From: Anthoceros angustus
Taxonomy: Eukaryota; Plantae; Anthocerotophyta
Assembly: GCA_010909165.1 (NCBI GenBank)
Contig: MU008151.1
Location: 310,001-374,000, forward strand
Reading direction: 5' to 3'
DNA: 64,000 nt
This document shows, one piece after another, positions 50,292 to 63,400 of the stretch. How positions within the stretch are numbered: position 1 is the first letter of the stretch; every line of letters starts with the position of its first letter. The translations under genes and the position numbers were made by a program. Below the pieces are notes generated by a model, which had not been told where the DNA came from, searched no databases, and saw only the letters and a list, made by a program, of their open reading frames with translations.

Positions 50292-53200
50292 TACGAAGAC
50301 ACTTGAAGCTCCTAGAAGATCTTTGAACTCGCTCACCTAACACAAAGTAGATCATCAAGATTAGTTCTTCCAAACTCTAGCCCTAGAAATGCGAACATTC
50401 TCGTAAGACACGGGAGCTGCTTTTCCAATAAGGCGCTCAAGCTTTCCTAAACCCTAGTAGCCGCAAAGAAAAAAGAGAAGATCGAAAAGAAAAAAAATGT
50501 GAGATGGACATGGGAGGAAGGTGGGCATAATTTGTTTTCTTTCTACCTGAAAAGTGCAAAAAAGCAAAAGAAAACTTTTCTTGTTTGGTACGCCATAGGC
50601 AAAGCACCCAGGATAGATGCATACTTCTTACAGGCCCAAATGCTATCGGGACAAGAAACTCTCAACATGATAATTTTTGAAGGGGGTGAATAATCGTGAA
50701 GGGGGTTTTCCGCAAATAATCTCTGAAGGGGGTTTTTGATGGGCCCCAAAAAAGCGTTTTGAAGGCATTGCGAAAACATCTCGAAAAAAAGTTACTACTT
50801 TCTATCCAAAGAATGTTTGTGTCGAATGGTGGTGCAAACTTCGAACCTCGAATAATGCAAAGTAGGAACGTGAGGAAGGCTGCTCCTAGGAAGGGACGAT
50901 TGTAAACTCGATTTTGGAGGAAAATGTGGTTTTGTTATGACACCACAAAAGCCACGAGATAGGGTATTTCCTAACACAAGAATATCAAGAACGGACTTAC
51001 AACATTAACTCACGGGACCCCGTGAAAAACGAGATTTCAATTTGACTCATCCCGAGTTCAATCCTTCGTCATCACTTGGTCCGACTTCTCTGCATTGTCA
51101 TCACTATCTTTAGCGGCACTTTGACTCGCAGGTTGTTTGAAGCCACGAACTTTCATGAGCTTATCCTTATTGCTTTTTTGTCCACATACGGATGATGTTT
51201 TAGGAGGTACCTCTACACTCGACCGACACCGGGTTTGGCTCGATTCCAGCATTTGCTTCTAAGGTTAGCCTTCATTCCAAGGTTGCTTCTAAGGTTAGCC
51301 TTGAATTTTCGATGGAAGTGCCACGTATAGGGGGTGCGTGGAAGGAGGGCCATAATGGGCAAGCGGAGGGAGGCGCCCGGGTGCCCTCCCTATCCGCGCA
51401 CTCCCACCCGTGGCCGAGGTGGATGGCGCCCGGCGCCCAACACGCCATGCCTTGCCCATGGGCACCCTGGACGCCCTCTAGCACACCCGTTGTGATCCCT
51501 TCACCATGTTGCGGCCCACGCAACCTTGCCTTCTATGGTTTGGCCACACCTCCATCTTGCAGCCCATCTACAAATTCAGCTGCCGTGAGTGCTCTACCAC
51601 GGCCTTTCCTAGTTCAACACCGGCCATCCTCACGCCATCGTGACTCCATTGAGCACTTCCATGTGCCTCGGCACGCCATGGCCTCCTCTTGCAACCCTTG
51701 TGGCTGCTCACCACAACATGAGCTCCTCGCTCCCATCCTTGCACCGATTCTGCTCCTCTCGCATCTTGAGCTCCCAACCTAGAGCCTGCAGCGGATCACC
51801 TGCACAATTCCACCATTACGGGCACTTGGCCCATCTTCTCCTGACAACCCTTGCCACACATCTCTACCTAGCAGTCCTCCTTCTTGCAAAATCTCAGCAA
51901 TATGAGCACACATGTCTCACTTCTTCCACACGTGTGGCAAATTACTTTGCCTTCCCCTCAAACTTGGTGGTGGTCCCCAATAATCGGGCCTTTGCCTCTG
52001 CAAGCCTATCAACTGCTTGTCGCAACCTCAAGCTACTTCCTTGGCTTAATTGCCTTCACCCTTTTCCTACCGTGGTAGGAGCTACTCTGTGGTGGGGTCA
52101 TCAAAACGCTAGCTGGGCTTACACCGGTGGTGGGACATTCTCCTACCCATACCTCCTACGGTGGTAGGAGTTCTCTCCCAGCCTACCGTGGTAGGAGTTT
52201 CTCTCGGTGGTAGGATACCTCCCCTGCAGTGGGACATCTCCACCGTTCACATATGTCTCCTACCCTCCTCATAGGTTGTCTTTAAGAAAATGAATATTTA
52301 GCGGCTCAATAGATTTGTAACTTGGGACCATTGGTCAAGTCTTTGGGAGAAAGGTGACCTAACGATTGGGAGAAAGGTGACCTAACGAATAGGTTCCGTG
52401 TTCAAAACAACTCACTTAAACCGTTGCCCAAACTTTTGCGTTCCACACTTGGTACTTAACAACTTGTACCATGGTGTCCTAAGCTACTTGTACCATGGTA
52501 TGCCTAAGCTACTTGCACCAAGGGCATCCACTCCCTTGAGCACCCCATCTAAGTACCGATCTAAGCTCGAGTAATAAGCACGTTCTTATAAATGTGTGTC
52601 ATATAAATGTGTGTCATAAATATTTGTCATATAAATGTGTGTCATATAAATGTGTGTCGGTAGATATATGGATATAGACATATACTGAGAGGTTATATGG
52701 ACATCTTCGCCATCCATGTGCTGGTCATAGTTGGGGTGCAGATCACGTGGAAGGGAAAGTACTGCCACCTCCACTCTCTTGTGGCCTGTGTGATTGATGT
52801 AAATTTCTTGTCCTTCCCCTAACCGGAGCTTTCCTATGTATGCAATCAAAGTTTTTCCAAGTGGATCCTCTCCACTAGACATTGGATATGGACATCTTCC
52901 TTGGATATGGACATCTTGGAAGGTTGAAGACCCATGGCGACCTTTTGGATGAGGGGGTGAGACCCTGATGTCTGTGGCCGACACCGTCCTATGCAAATAT
53001 AATAATTTGAAGCAGGACACGCACCATATACATGGACATGGACACCGTCCTACCCATAATTTGAACGGACACGCGTCCTACCCATACCTACGGTGGTAGG
53101 AGTTCTCTCCACTAGACATTGGATATGGACATCTTCCTTGGCTTAATTGCCTTCACCCTTTTCCTACCGTGGTAGGAGTTCTCTCCACTAGACATTGGAT

Positions 53201-54925
53201 ATGGACATCTCCTACGGTGGTAGGAGTTTCTCCTACGGTGGTAGGAGTTCTCTCCACTTAGCCTACTATGGTAGGAGTTTCTCCTACGGTGGTAGGAGTT
53301 CTCTCCACTAGACATTGGATATGGACATCTCCTACCAGTGGGACATTCTCCTACCCATAAGTGAAACTTGCACCAAGGGCATCCACTCCCTTGAGCACCC
53401 CATCTAAGTACCGATCTAAGCTCGAGTAATAAGCACGTTCTTATAAATGTGTGTCATATAAATGTGTGTCATAAATATTTGTCATATAAATGTGTGTCAT
53501 ATAAATGTGTGTCGAGATATATGGATATAGACATATACTGAGAGGTTATATGGACATCTTCGCCATCCATGTGCTGGTCATAGTTGGGGTGCAGATCACG
53601 TGGAAGGGAAAGTACTGCCACCTCCACTCTCTTGTGGCCTGTGTGATTGATGTAAATTTCTTGTCCTTCCCCTAACCGGAGCTTTCCTATGTATGCAATC
53701 AAAGTTTTTCCAAGTGGATCCTCTCCACTAGACATTGGATATGGACATCTTCCTTGGATATGGACATCTTGGAAGGTTGGTTTCCATCCACAGGTCCTCC
53801 CGGCAGTGGATATTTTCTCACAGGATATCTTGTCAACCTTCTCGGAGGTTGCTTTAGATGCAACTGAGTTTTATCTTCTCCTGAAGCAGGTGCAGGAGAA
53901 GAGAAAGTGAGTGAAGATGTACCTTTCGGCCAAACGACTTGTCTCTCCTTGCCCGCTGAGAAAGCCCTGGCCGTCTACCTGCAAGGACCAGCTTCTGAGT
54001 TCGAGTACAGAGGTGCTCTGCGAACCAACCTTCCAAGATGGCATCCGCTGCTGGCCCTGGCCATGCGGATGCCATCTTGGAAGGTTGGTTTCCATCCACA
54101 GGTCCCGGCAGTGGATATTTTCTCACAGGATATCTTGTCAACCCCACGTTGAAGTTGAGGATGTTCGGCGACGTCAGGTCCTCGATCACCACGATGATGC
54201 GCTCGTCTGGACTCCACAGGCTCCGCAGCGTCTGCCCCGACGTGGCCGGGGTAGGCTTGGTTCTCGTCACCACCCGCACGCGCCACCCGCTGCGCTGCTG
54301 CAGCTCCTCCAGCTGCTCCTCCACTTCCCCGCCATGGCAACAGGGCAGGAGCTGTCCGCAAGGTTTAGACTTACCGGACGATGATGGACAGGATGCTGCC
54401 GGGATTGCGGACGCTGCTGGCCCTGGCCATGCGGATGCCATCTTGGAAGGTTGGTTTCCATCCACAGGTCCCGGCAGTGGATATTTTCTCACAGGATATC
54501 TTGTCAACCTTCTCGGAGGTTGCCTTGGATGCAACTGAGTTTTATCTTCTCCTGAAACAGGAGCAGGAGCAGGAGCAGGAGAAGAGAAAGTGAGTGAAGA
54601 TGTGTACCTTTCGGCCAAACGACTTGTCTCTCCTTGCCCGCTGAGAAAGCCCTGGCCGTCTACCTGCAAGGACCAGCTTCTGAGTTCGAAAACAGAGGTG
54701 CTCTGCTTGCGTGGCCCGAACGAGGTCAGGAGGGCTAAATACAGCTCTCACAGGGCTCATTACTAGCTGTTACTGCATACCCCGTCTCCTGCATTTCACC
54801 TAAGCGTCAGCATGTATTTCCTTCGCCTTTCGCAGTGTCTCCACCTTCACATTTTGCCCATCCATTAATACACCTTCCTCGATCTCTGCAAGACAGCCAC
54901 ATGCTTGGACCATACTAATAAGAGT

Positions 54926-55402
54926 TCAAGCATCTGGCCGCACACTTTCCCTTCGCATTTCCGAGTCAAGCCTGCAAAGCCCTCTCCCCTTCACCCTGAG
55001 CAAACGCTGCAAGCATTGAGCATCCTCCGTACCGCCACACTTAGCATACATACTTACCAGCGTGTTTGCAACAAAATCGGTTGCTGCAAAACCCATGCAT
55101 GCAGCTTCAGCATGTACCTGCTTCCCCTTGTGCAGGGCCTCTGCCTTGACAGTGCCCCCATCCACAACTCCACTCTGCCCCTTGACTGCAAGGCTCCAAC
55201 ATGCTTGCAGGGCACTGACAAATGTTCGAACATCTGGCCTCGCGACTTCCTTCATCATCCGCCCATAAATGTACAAGGCATTTTCTCCTTGGTCCTGCTG
55301 GCCATATGCTGCAAGCATTGCATTCCTTAACGCCGGATTCTGCAGCATATGTCCATCAAAAACTCGTTGTGCAACCATGATGCTCCCACACTTTGCATAC
55401 AT
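54926..55402 (-). pseudogene. PPR (PLS-class) gene remnant
   Basis: MYAKCGSIMVAQRVFD..NAMLAAYGQQDQGENALYIYGRM..PDVRTFVSALQAC..LHKGKQVHAEA..FVANTLVSMYAKCG. Confidence 0.85.
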
Positions 55403-55825
55403 ACAAAGCAGTGCGTGCTGCCCTCCAAGACATCCTATTCAAAGCCCTAGCCGACATTATGGGCATGTGAATCTTTTCCCTTCTGCAGCGACTCCACCTT
55501 GAAGTATTGGCCTCACACTGGTGTGCCTTGCTCTTCGTCAGCCAAGGACCCGAGAAGGTGATGAGTTTATCGGCTCCTGTCTGGTGCCCATGTGTGGGAA
55601 GTGTGTCAGTCTGGACGATGCTCGCAGGGTGTTTAACAGACTGCCTGAAAGCAATGGACTTCTCGTGGGACGATTGCAATTTAATCAACGTTGTGTGATG
55701 CTCATCTGTAATCACCGCTCTGCAGATGAGGCAAAAAAGTTTGTGCGAGCCACAAGACGAAAGGTTGAGTTAGCCTACGGTAGACCCGGACTGGAGCATC
55801 GATCTACAGAGTCAGCTCAGGAAGC

Positions 55826-56738
55826 ATGGCGGAGATGGCATCCGCATGGCCAGGGCCAAGGCCAGTAGCGTCCGCAATCCCGGCAGCATCCTGTCCATCA
55901 TCGTCCGGTAACCCTAAACCTTGCGGACTGCTGCTGCAGCGGCATCGCAGCTCGGCTACGGCGCTGGCTATCTCCCTCACCCTGGCCTTGGGAGCACCAG
56001 CAGTAGGGGCAGCAGCAACCGGAGCAGGAGCTGGATTGGATCCTCCATTCCTGCTGGACGCGGCTAGGGTTTTGCCGGCGAGCAAGGCGGGGGAAGTGGA
56101 GGAGCAGCTGGAGGAGCTGCAGCAGCGCAGCGGGTGGCGCGTGCGGGTGGTGACGAGAACCGAGCCTACCCCGGCCACGTCGGGGCAAACGCTGCGGAGC
56201 CTGTGGAGTCCAGACGAGCGCACCATCGTGGTGATCGAGGACCTGACGTCGCCGAACATCCTCAACTTCAACGTGGGACCTGCTGTGAACTCCCTGCTGC
56301 CTCGCCAGTTCTTCGTCGAGCTGCAATCCCGCTACGGCAACCAGTTCTTCGTGGCGCAGGAAGGCGAGTCCGCGGCTCTTCTGGCCACTCTGGCCGCGCT
56401 CAACGACTGTCTGCTGCGCCCCGCCGGCTGCCGCTCTGTGCCGGGCCTCACCGACGACCTCTACTTCCTCACGCTCGCCACCTCCATCTTCGCCGGCGGC
56501 GTGTTCGGGTTCGCCGCCAGGATCCCGCCCTCGGGCCGCATCGGGGCGTCCTGGCAGTGGGTACTGGTGTTCGCACCCCTCTGGCTGCTGCTGCTTGGCT
56601 CCTTCGGCATCCTGCCGATCGTGGGAGAACTGCAGAGGTGGAGCCCTTGGTGAAGAATCTGGCGGCGTTCCTGGCTGCTGCCTGCGCCCTGTATTGGACT
56701 CCCATTCTGGGCACGCCTCCCCGAGGCGATCAGTCCTA
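55826..56738 (+). CDS. TPM-domain thylakoid protein with C-terminal transmembrane helices, intronless; 1-bp indel at ~56623
   Basis: Transit and lumenal signal (RHRSS..ALAISLTLALG..AAA), LLDAARVL, LEELQQRSGWRVRVVT, NILNFNVG..FFVELQSRYGNQFFV..GE, CL..GCRSVPGL, then hydrophobic WQWVLVFAPLW..FG..P. The duplicate at 16959 has GGGG where this copy has GGG, which restores the frame to the stop at 56738. Confidence 0.8.
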
Positions 56739-57477
56739 GTCTCCTCCGGGAGTGGAGGAAGGTGCATTGTGAATTCTTTTGTACACCAGCTGTCTTGTGT
56801 TGCTACGTCCTCATCGTTCCAGAAGACCAGCTTCAGTAGTCAATCGTAAGGTCAGATACACACTCACATCCCAGCGGATGCGATTTGAAGAAAGCTCATG
56901 CAAGGTCTCCCAAGATGATGAGATGGAAGCCTGGGTCGCACGGAACGGAATTCTGCAATGCAACGCAGGCGGCAGTGTGAGAACCAGCTCAATGAAAACA
57001 GCCATGGCAGTTGATACCGGTTTAATGCGGTCATTAGGGACCGCTCCCATCCCCAGAACATAGAAGAGCAGCAGCAACACACCGGCAGCAACAGCAACCT
57101 TGGGCATCACGAGAATGTGCTTAGGGTTTCGAGGTCTGGGCATTTGCCTGCGCACGGTTCGTCAGTTTAATGATCGGGCGAAAAGCTGGTCTGTTTTGCT
57201 GCAGCAGCTGAGCAGTATGCAACTCAGCTCTTGGACTGGCTTTTGAGATCCAGAGACGTTGATGCAAGATCTACTAGGATGGAATTCGGTGCTTGCCGGT
57301 TGCAAGTGGGGCAACCAACGCATGCTGTACTTTTTGGGCACTGGCTATGTGCTCGGATCAATTGGGCAGTGAAGGACATTGCTGAAATAGTATGTCACTT
57401 CCAAAGTTGAACTTTCTGGTTGCATTAGAGATGATTAACTGGAGGAGAGACGGAGAAGGAGAAAGAAGCTGAATTTG

Positions 57478-60400
57478 ATGAAGGTTCACCATCGCTGCGT
57501 AAATGGAATTGCGTACCAGGAGAAGGCGCCCATGACGTTCTCTGATGATTCTGATCTGGATGCGTTGCTGGATGCTGAAAGCAGCGACGAGGATGACAGT
57601 GATGAACATGGAGGTACAGGCCTCCACAGGCGGATCGATGATATTCTCAAGGATTTTGACGAATTCGGGCTGGACGAGGTAGATTCCCCGCCCTCCGTTC
57701 CGAGGTCTGAGCCGCAGCAGGAGTCTGCAGGAGGCCACGCCACGCGGCACGGGCCGGAGAACGTGGATGTGGACCAATTCGAGGAGACTGAGGGTGGTCC
57801 TGCTGTTGCCAGCCCAGCCTTGCCTGCAGGAGGCCGGTTTTGGAGGAGGATTTGCGACACGCCGACACTTCAGAGCCGTGCAGTTTGGACTCCCAGGATG
57901 AGGGCGACGGTGTGAGGAACACTGTCGTTGCTGATACGTGGGAGGTGGAGGAGCAGGATGTGCTGCCACCAGAAACTGCACCATCTTCTGGTGCCTTGGA
58001 TGACGAGAAATTGCTGGCCGACTTGGCTGCAAGGTCCGTTCTTGAGAGATCTTCTGTGGAGGGTGTCGGGGCCTCAGGCAGTGTCGTCCAGGATGCCCAG
58101 CTGCTGGAGTGGGCTGATGACAGAGAGGATGGAGTGGGCGCCGATTCCGTGTACGTGGGTGCTCTGTCTGACGTTCAGAGCTCTGCGTCTGGCATCTCCC
58201 AATCCAGCTCAGAGGCCCTAGGCAGGGAAGATGGTGGGATGCCGGAGGATATGCTTCAGAGTACGAGCACCAACCTGTTTGAGGGAGAGAGAAAGCGGGA
58301 GCGAGCTTTGTCGGCGGTGGGAGGTAAGGAATACTTTCTCAAGTCAGGGGCCTCCAACGTCACTAGGAGGCCGGGAGCTGCGTTTGCAGCAGCTGCAGCT
58401 GCCTCTCGGTTATTTAGGAGTAGAATGATTGCTGACTTGGAGAAGTCTAGCAGCTCACATCTCTCTTCAGCTCATACGCCTGAGGACGACTCTACATTTG
58501 GTGATCCCTCCAGATCAGTCGACAACCACGACCTTGTTGAGGGCGACTCATTAGTCCAGTCACTAAGAGATCCAGACCTGACTGACAGCTCGGGAGTAGC
58601 TCAATCTTTGTCTTCGGATTTATTGAACTCCACAAGTGGGAAGGACTTTGTGGTTAACCGTACTGATCAAGGTGACAATCATCTAGTAACTACTGAGAAG
58701 GAGAGCTCTGAATCATCTTATCGATATGATCATCCTGGTGTGCACATTTCCGAGGGTGATGGTGGCCCTCAAACTTTTTCGATCATAAATGTGCCAGATG
58801 CGAACCCGCACCATGGCTCGGCTATTTCATATGCTTCATTGTCCAGATTTGATCAGAGTAGCAAGGATGACTACACCGCAGCCGAAGAGGCTGAACATGA
58901 GGATGTAGATGTTATCCCTGAGAGCAGCGATGAAGAACGACTTTCTCCAGAAATGTCTTCAAGTGACATGTTCGGTGGTGATGCAACAGATCATGTGCAA
59001 AGCTTCTGGGAAACAGCTTCTCTTGAAGATTCTGATGTTGCAGTTGAGGAATTACAATCTCGTGATTCTCTCTCGGTTGAAGCTGAAAGATTCACAAGGA
59101 TGGAGGTAGTGGATGGCACTGTCGAGGGAGCACTTGGTGTAAGCAGGCAGGAAGAGTGCATGGCTCTGGCGACTGCTGAGGAGTTTGAGAGGAGAGCTGC
59201 AAGTTCAGGTTTTCATCTGGAGGAAGGAGCAGCTGCTCAGCCTATGAGGCTGGAGGGTATTCATAGTGGACCTCCTGCTATCGGGGTTTTGCAGCTGGAC
59301 TCTGGAGGCCGCCTTTCACAGGCTTTAGGAAATCCTGCTATCAGAAGAGATCATGGTTATCCACAAGCTCTGGCAGTTCACTCAAGTTCAGTTGCTGTAG
59401 GCATGTCCAAAGGATGTGTGATGGTAACCAATACAAATGGAGGCACTTCTGACAGCAGTGAGTCGAAGGTAAGAAACCAAATCACCTCTTAAATGCCCAC
59501 TGAGCTAGAAAGTCGCTGGAGTATGTCTAAGCAGTTAAGATTCTTCTGTTTACCTTTACAGGCTCGGTTTCTTGGAGCTGGTGACAAGTCACTCTCCGCT
59601 GTAAGTGCAATGTGCTTCAATCTGCAGGGGGATATGCTACTCGTGGGGTACTCAAATGGATCTGTACTACTCTGGGATCTGACCAGAGCATCAGCCTCAA
59701 AATCAGTGACAACAGAGCATACAGCTGCAGTCATCCATGCTGTAATTTTGCAAGACTCGCGTGCAGGTCGTCAGATGAGAGCCATCACTGGAGACTGTAA
59801 AGGAAATGTCCTTGTGCATACAGTTACAATCGTGCCACTGCTTCGACATATTTCTGTGACTACGCAGGTATTGTTGCTGCATCTTTGGTCGACGTTTAAG
59901 CTACTTTTTTGTGTCTTCTGACTCTCTATTACCTGTTTGTTCGTATGGTCTTGTTGCTGCCATGTTCTGTTTAGATGTTAAAACAGGTCTGACAGTTGCA
60001 GGATCTCGTAACAGTGTTTGCTAGATGGTCGGTTCAATGGATTAGCACTTTCAGTTTCGGTACAAGATGAAGCTCCCCATACCAATGGTGTCACTGCTTC
60101 TGGTCATTCTGCCCTCACTTCAAATTCCATAGGGTTGAATACTATGATGGGTGGAGTAGCTGGAGTAGTGGGAGGGGTGAGTGACGTGGGTCGTAAGGCT
60201 TCAGCTGATGAAGGTGGAGGCCTTGTTGTGTTGGTAACACAACAAATTTCTCTTGTTGTAAGTTCTGCTCACTTAACTGCAATCCATAAAGTTTTTTTCT
60301 GGGCTCAGCAATCGCATGGTGTTTTTAGTCAGCTTGTGCAATCATCCAAGGTCATCATGCAGAGAGTGAAGAAAGTAAGTGTGTGGAAGCCGTTCATTTC

Positions 60401-63400
60401 CTGGACCCTTTCCATGGCTGCATGGTAACCTGTATACTATGCGGCAGGTGCGTTTGCCCCCCACGTTGGAAGTTTGTGCAAAGTTCCCTCGGCCACAAAG
60501 TGTGAGGGAGAGTGCAATCCCCTACACAGCATGGAGGCGCAACAAATATGGGTTTTCCAAAGGCAGTCAGACAGGTGTTTCAGCTGGTGTGCCTGTGAAT
60601 GCTGCAGGCACTGGGTTGGCTGCTGACAATGCCGGGGCTGCTAATACTTCTGAGAAGCACCTGGACAAGGATGTGCTTCCAGAATCTGGCAAAAAGGCCA
60701 ACATGGGGAGAATAGAAGGTCAGATGGTTCCAATCCTGGCCATGGCTTGGGATCATAAGGCGTTTGTTATGCAACTCCTCGAGTCCGAGCTGAAGGTCAC
60801 AGCAGAATGGGATCTTGACAGTACTGCTGCAGGTGTGGCATGGTTAGAGGAGCAGGTGTGTTTTTGCTCTGTTTATATACAATCTATGGACGTGCACAGC
60901 GGTGTTTGAATCAACTTATTGCTAGGTTTCTCCTCATGATCATTTGTGGCTTGCAGATGGTGGTTGTTCTTACCGTGGATAATCAGCTGCGGTTGTTCAC
61001 TATGGAGGGATTTGAAGTGGACCGAGCAACTTTGGGCGGGGAACGAGGAGATGAAGCTGTTGCATACCTCACCCACTTGGTCAACTCATTTGGAAACCCT
61101 GAGAGAACATACCATAGTTCTCTAGCTGTACGTGGTGCAACACTATATTTGCTTGGCCACTCTCAACTTTGGAGGACCTGTTTATTACCTTGGCAAGATC
61201 GTATCAAGGCTCTTCAGGATGCTGGTGACTGGATGGGAGCATTTCACATAGCTATGGAGCTTTATGATGGGAAAGCAAGAGGTGTAACAGGTCTTCCAAG
61301 AAGCTTAGATGCACGTCGGATTGCTATTATGCCTACTCTACTATCGTTGCTATCTGCCTATATAGATGAAGCTTTTGCATACCTCTCCCTTGCCTTTCGC
61401 TCCTCTTCTGTTTCTACCAAGTCAAAGGGCGGTTCCTCAGATCTTTCAGCAGCTGGAAACCATGAAGCACAGGCAATTGGACATAGTTCCCCTTCATCGG
61501 CAAGTGCATCAGATGTGAAAGACCAATATGCAAGAGTAGGAGGGGTTGCCATTGAGTTTTGTGTGCATATAAAGAAGACCGATGTGCTTTTTGAGAATGT
61601 CTTTGCCAAGTTTGATGCCGTGGGTCAGAGAGGTGAGTTTCTTGGACATTCAATGTAGTTCCTTTTGGACATAGACATGGATTTGACTTCTGACGCTCAA
61701 CATTCATAGGGAGTTTTCTGGAGCTTTTGGAGCCATACATCTTGAAGGACATGCTTGGAGGACTGGCACCTGAGGTTCTTTCTCAGCAACTCGATTTGTA
61801 CTCCTTCGCTTATGTCTTGTAGTTTCGCTATGATTTATTGCAGTCCTGAAGATCTGGAAAGCACTTCGCAGGTCATGCAAGGCCTTGTCGAGCACTACAG
61901 TGATCGGGGTTGGCTGCAAAGGGTTGAGCAATGCATATTGCACATGGATATTGGATCCTTGGATTTCAATCAGGCAAGAATCTGGAACTAGTTTTGGTTT
62001 TCTTTATTTGGAGTGCAAGGCTAGAATTTCGAATCAGGGTAGCAGGTACATGTAGTTGTTGGCACAGAACTGATGGGGTCTGTAACTGCAGGTAGTTAGA
62101 CTTTGCAGGGAACATGGTCTCTACAGCGCCCTTATATACCTTTTCAACAAAGGGCTGGATGACTTCAGGTCACCCTTGGAAGAGCTTTTGACTGTAGCTC
62201 AAGATCTTCAGAATCCTCAATGTCAAGCGTTCGGGTAGGACTGATGTTACATCGGAACATCACTTCCAGCATTTTTCTGCTGGTTGCAAACCCTCATTGC
62301 ACTTATGTGTGGGAAATGTTGCACCGTTCTGCCTTTTGTGGTGCATTTGTTGTTGATTGCTGCTGCTGCTTATATCATGGGGCATGAATGTATGTTGGCA
62401 GGTATAAGCTGCTTGTGTATCTCAAGTACTGCTTCCTTGGTCTCTCCTTCCCACCAGGTTTGTGACTCTTTGTGAGATGAATATACTTCTTACTTGGCAA
62501 CTAGTCTTATATTAAGAACTCTGTGTATGTGTGGCCTACATTCCATTATGCAGCAGAACTGAATTGTGGCCTGTCCATGCAGGGCATGGAGAACTTTCTC
62601 CCACTCGGTTACCTTCTTTGCGAGCAGAGCTGCTTCATTTTCTGCTTGACCCTGTAGGTAGCAATGAGGATCAAGCAGTCATGAAGTCGAAAAATCAGAT
62701 GGGAAAGACCTACCCAAGGCTGTGTTTTTTACTAGAACTGGATACAAAAGCAACGCTGCTTGTGTTGAGCTTGGCCTTCCCAGAGAGAGGTCCTTTGGGG
62801 GTTGGTAAGGTAGGCTGTGCGTATTCAGCTAGTCAGCAAGAAGAAACATCCCAGGTTGAAGATGGACCAAATGCTGGTGAAGCTTCCCCCTACATGCAAG
62901 CAGTCGTCAATGCTCTTGTTCATGTACTGGAAGCTGCTCAGTGTGGCCTTTGTGGCACAAGTAAACATGAAAGTGAAGGCTCAGAGAGTGCATCGCACCT
63001 GTCTTGGCCTTCCAAGGAAGACGCCAGCTGCCTACTTCAGTTTGTTGCTCGTTTTGTTGCTGCGAGACATGCTGTGGTGGCAAGTAACACGTTGTGCTCC
63101 ATCTTGGAGAATTTAACATCCAGTGTAGAGCTGTCTAGACCGGTTGATAAGGCAAGGATAGAAAAGGAAGGTGTAATGTTGGAATTACTGCAGGGGTTAC
63201 CTGAAACAGAGTGGGATGCAGCTCTTACTCTTCAGCAGGCTCAACAAGCACATTTTTGGCAGGTCTGTACGTCTTTTTGTACCTACAGGTCAGTGTTTGA
63301 AGAACTCCTTCAATATCCTGACTTGCTAGTCGCAACTGGCAGGTGAGTGCGCTTATTCACAGGAAAAGCGGGGACATGATTGCTGCTGTGGACTGCTATC

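Noticed and set aside
56811-57155. Minus-strand ORF with a hydrophobic segment between TPM and VPS8
   Set aside because: No family recognised, and the duplicate copy has stops and deletions.
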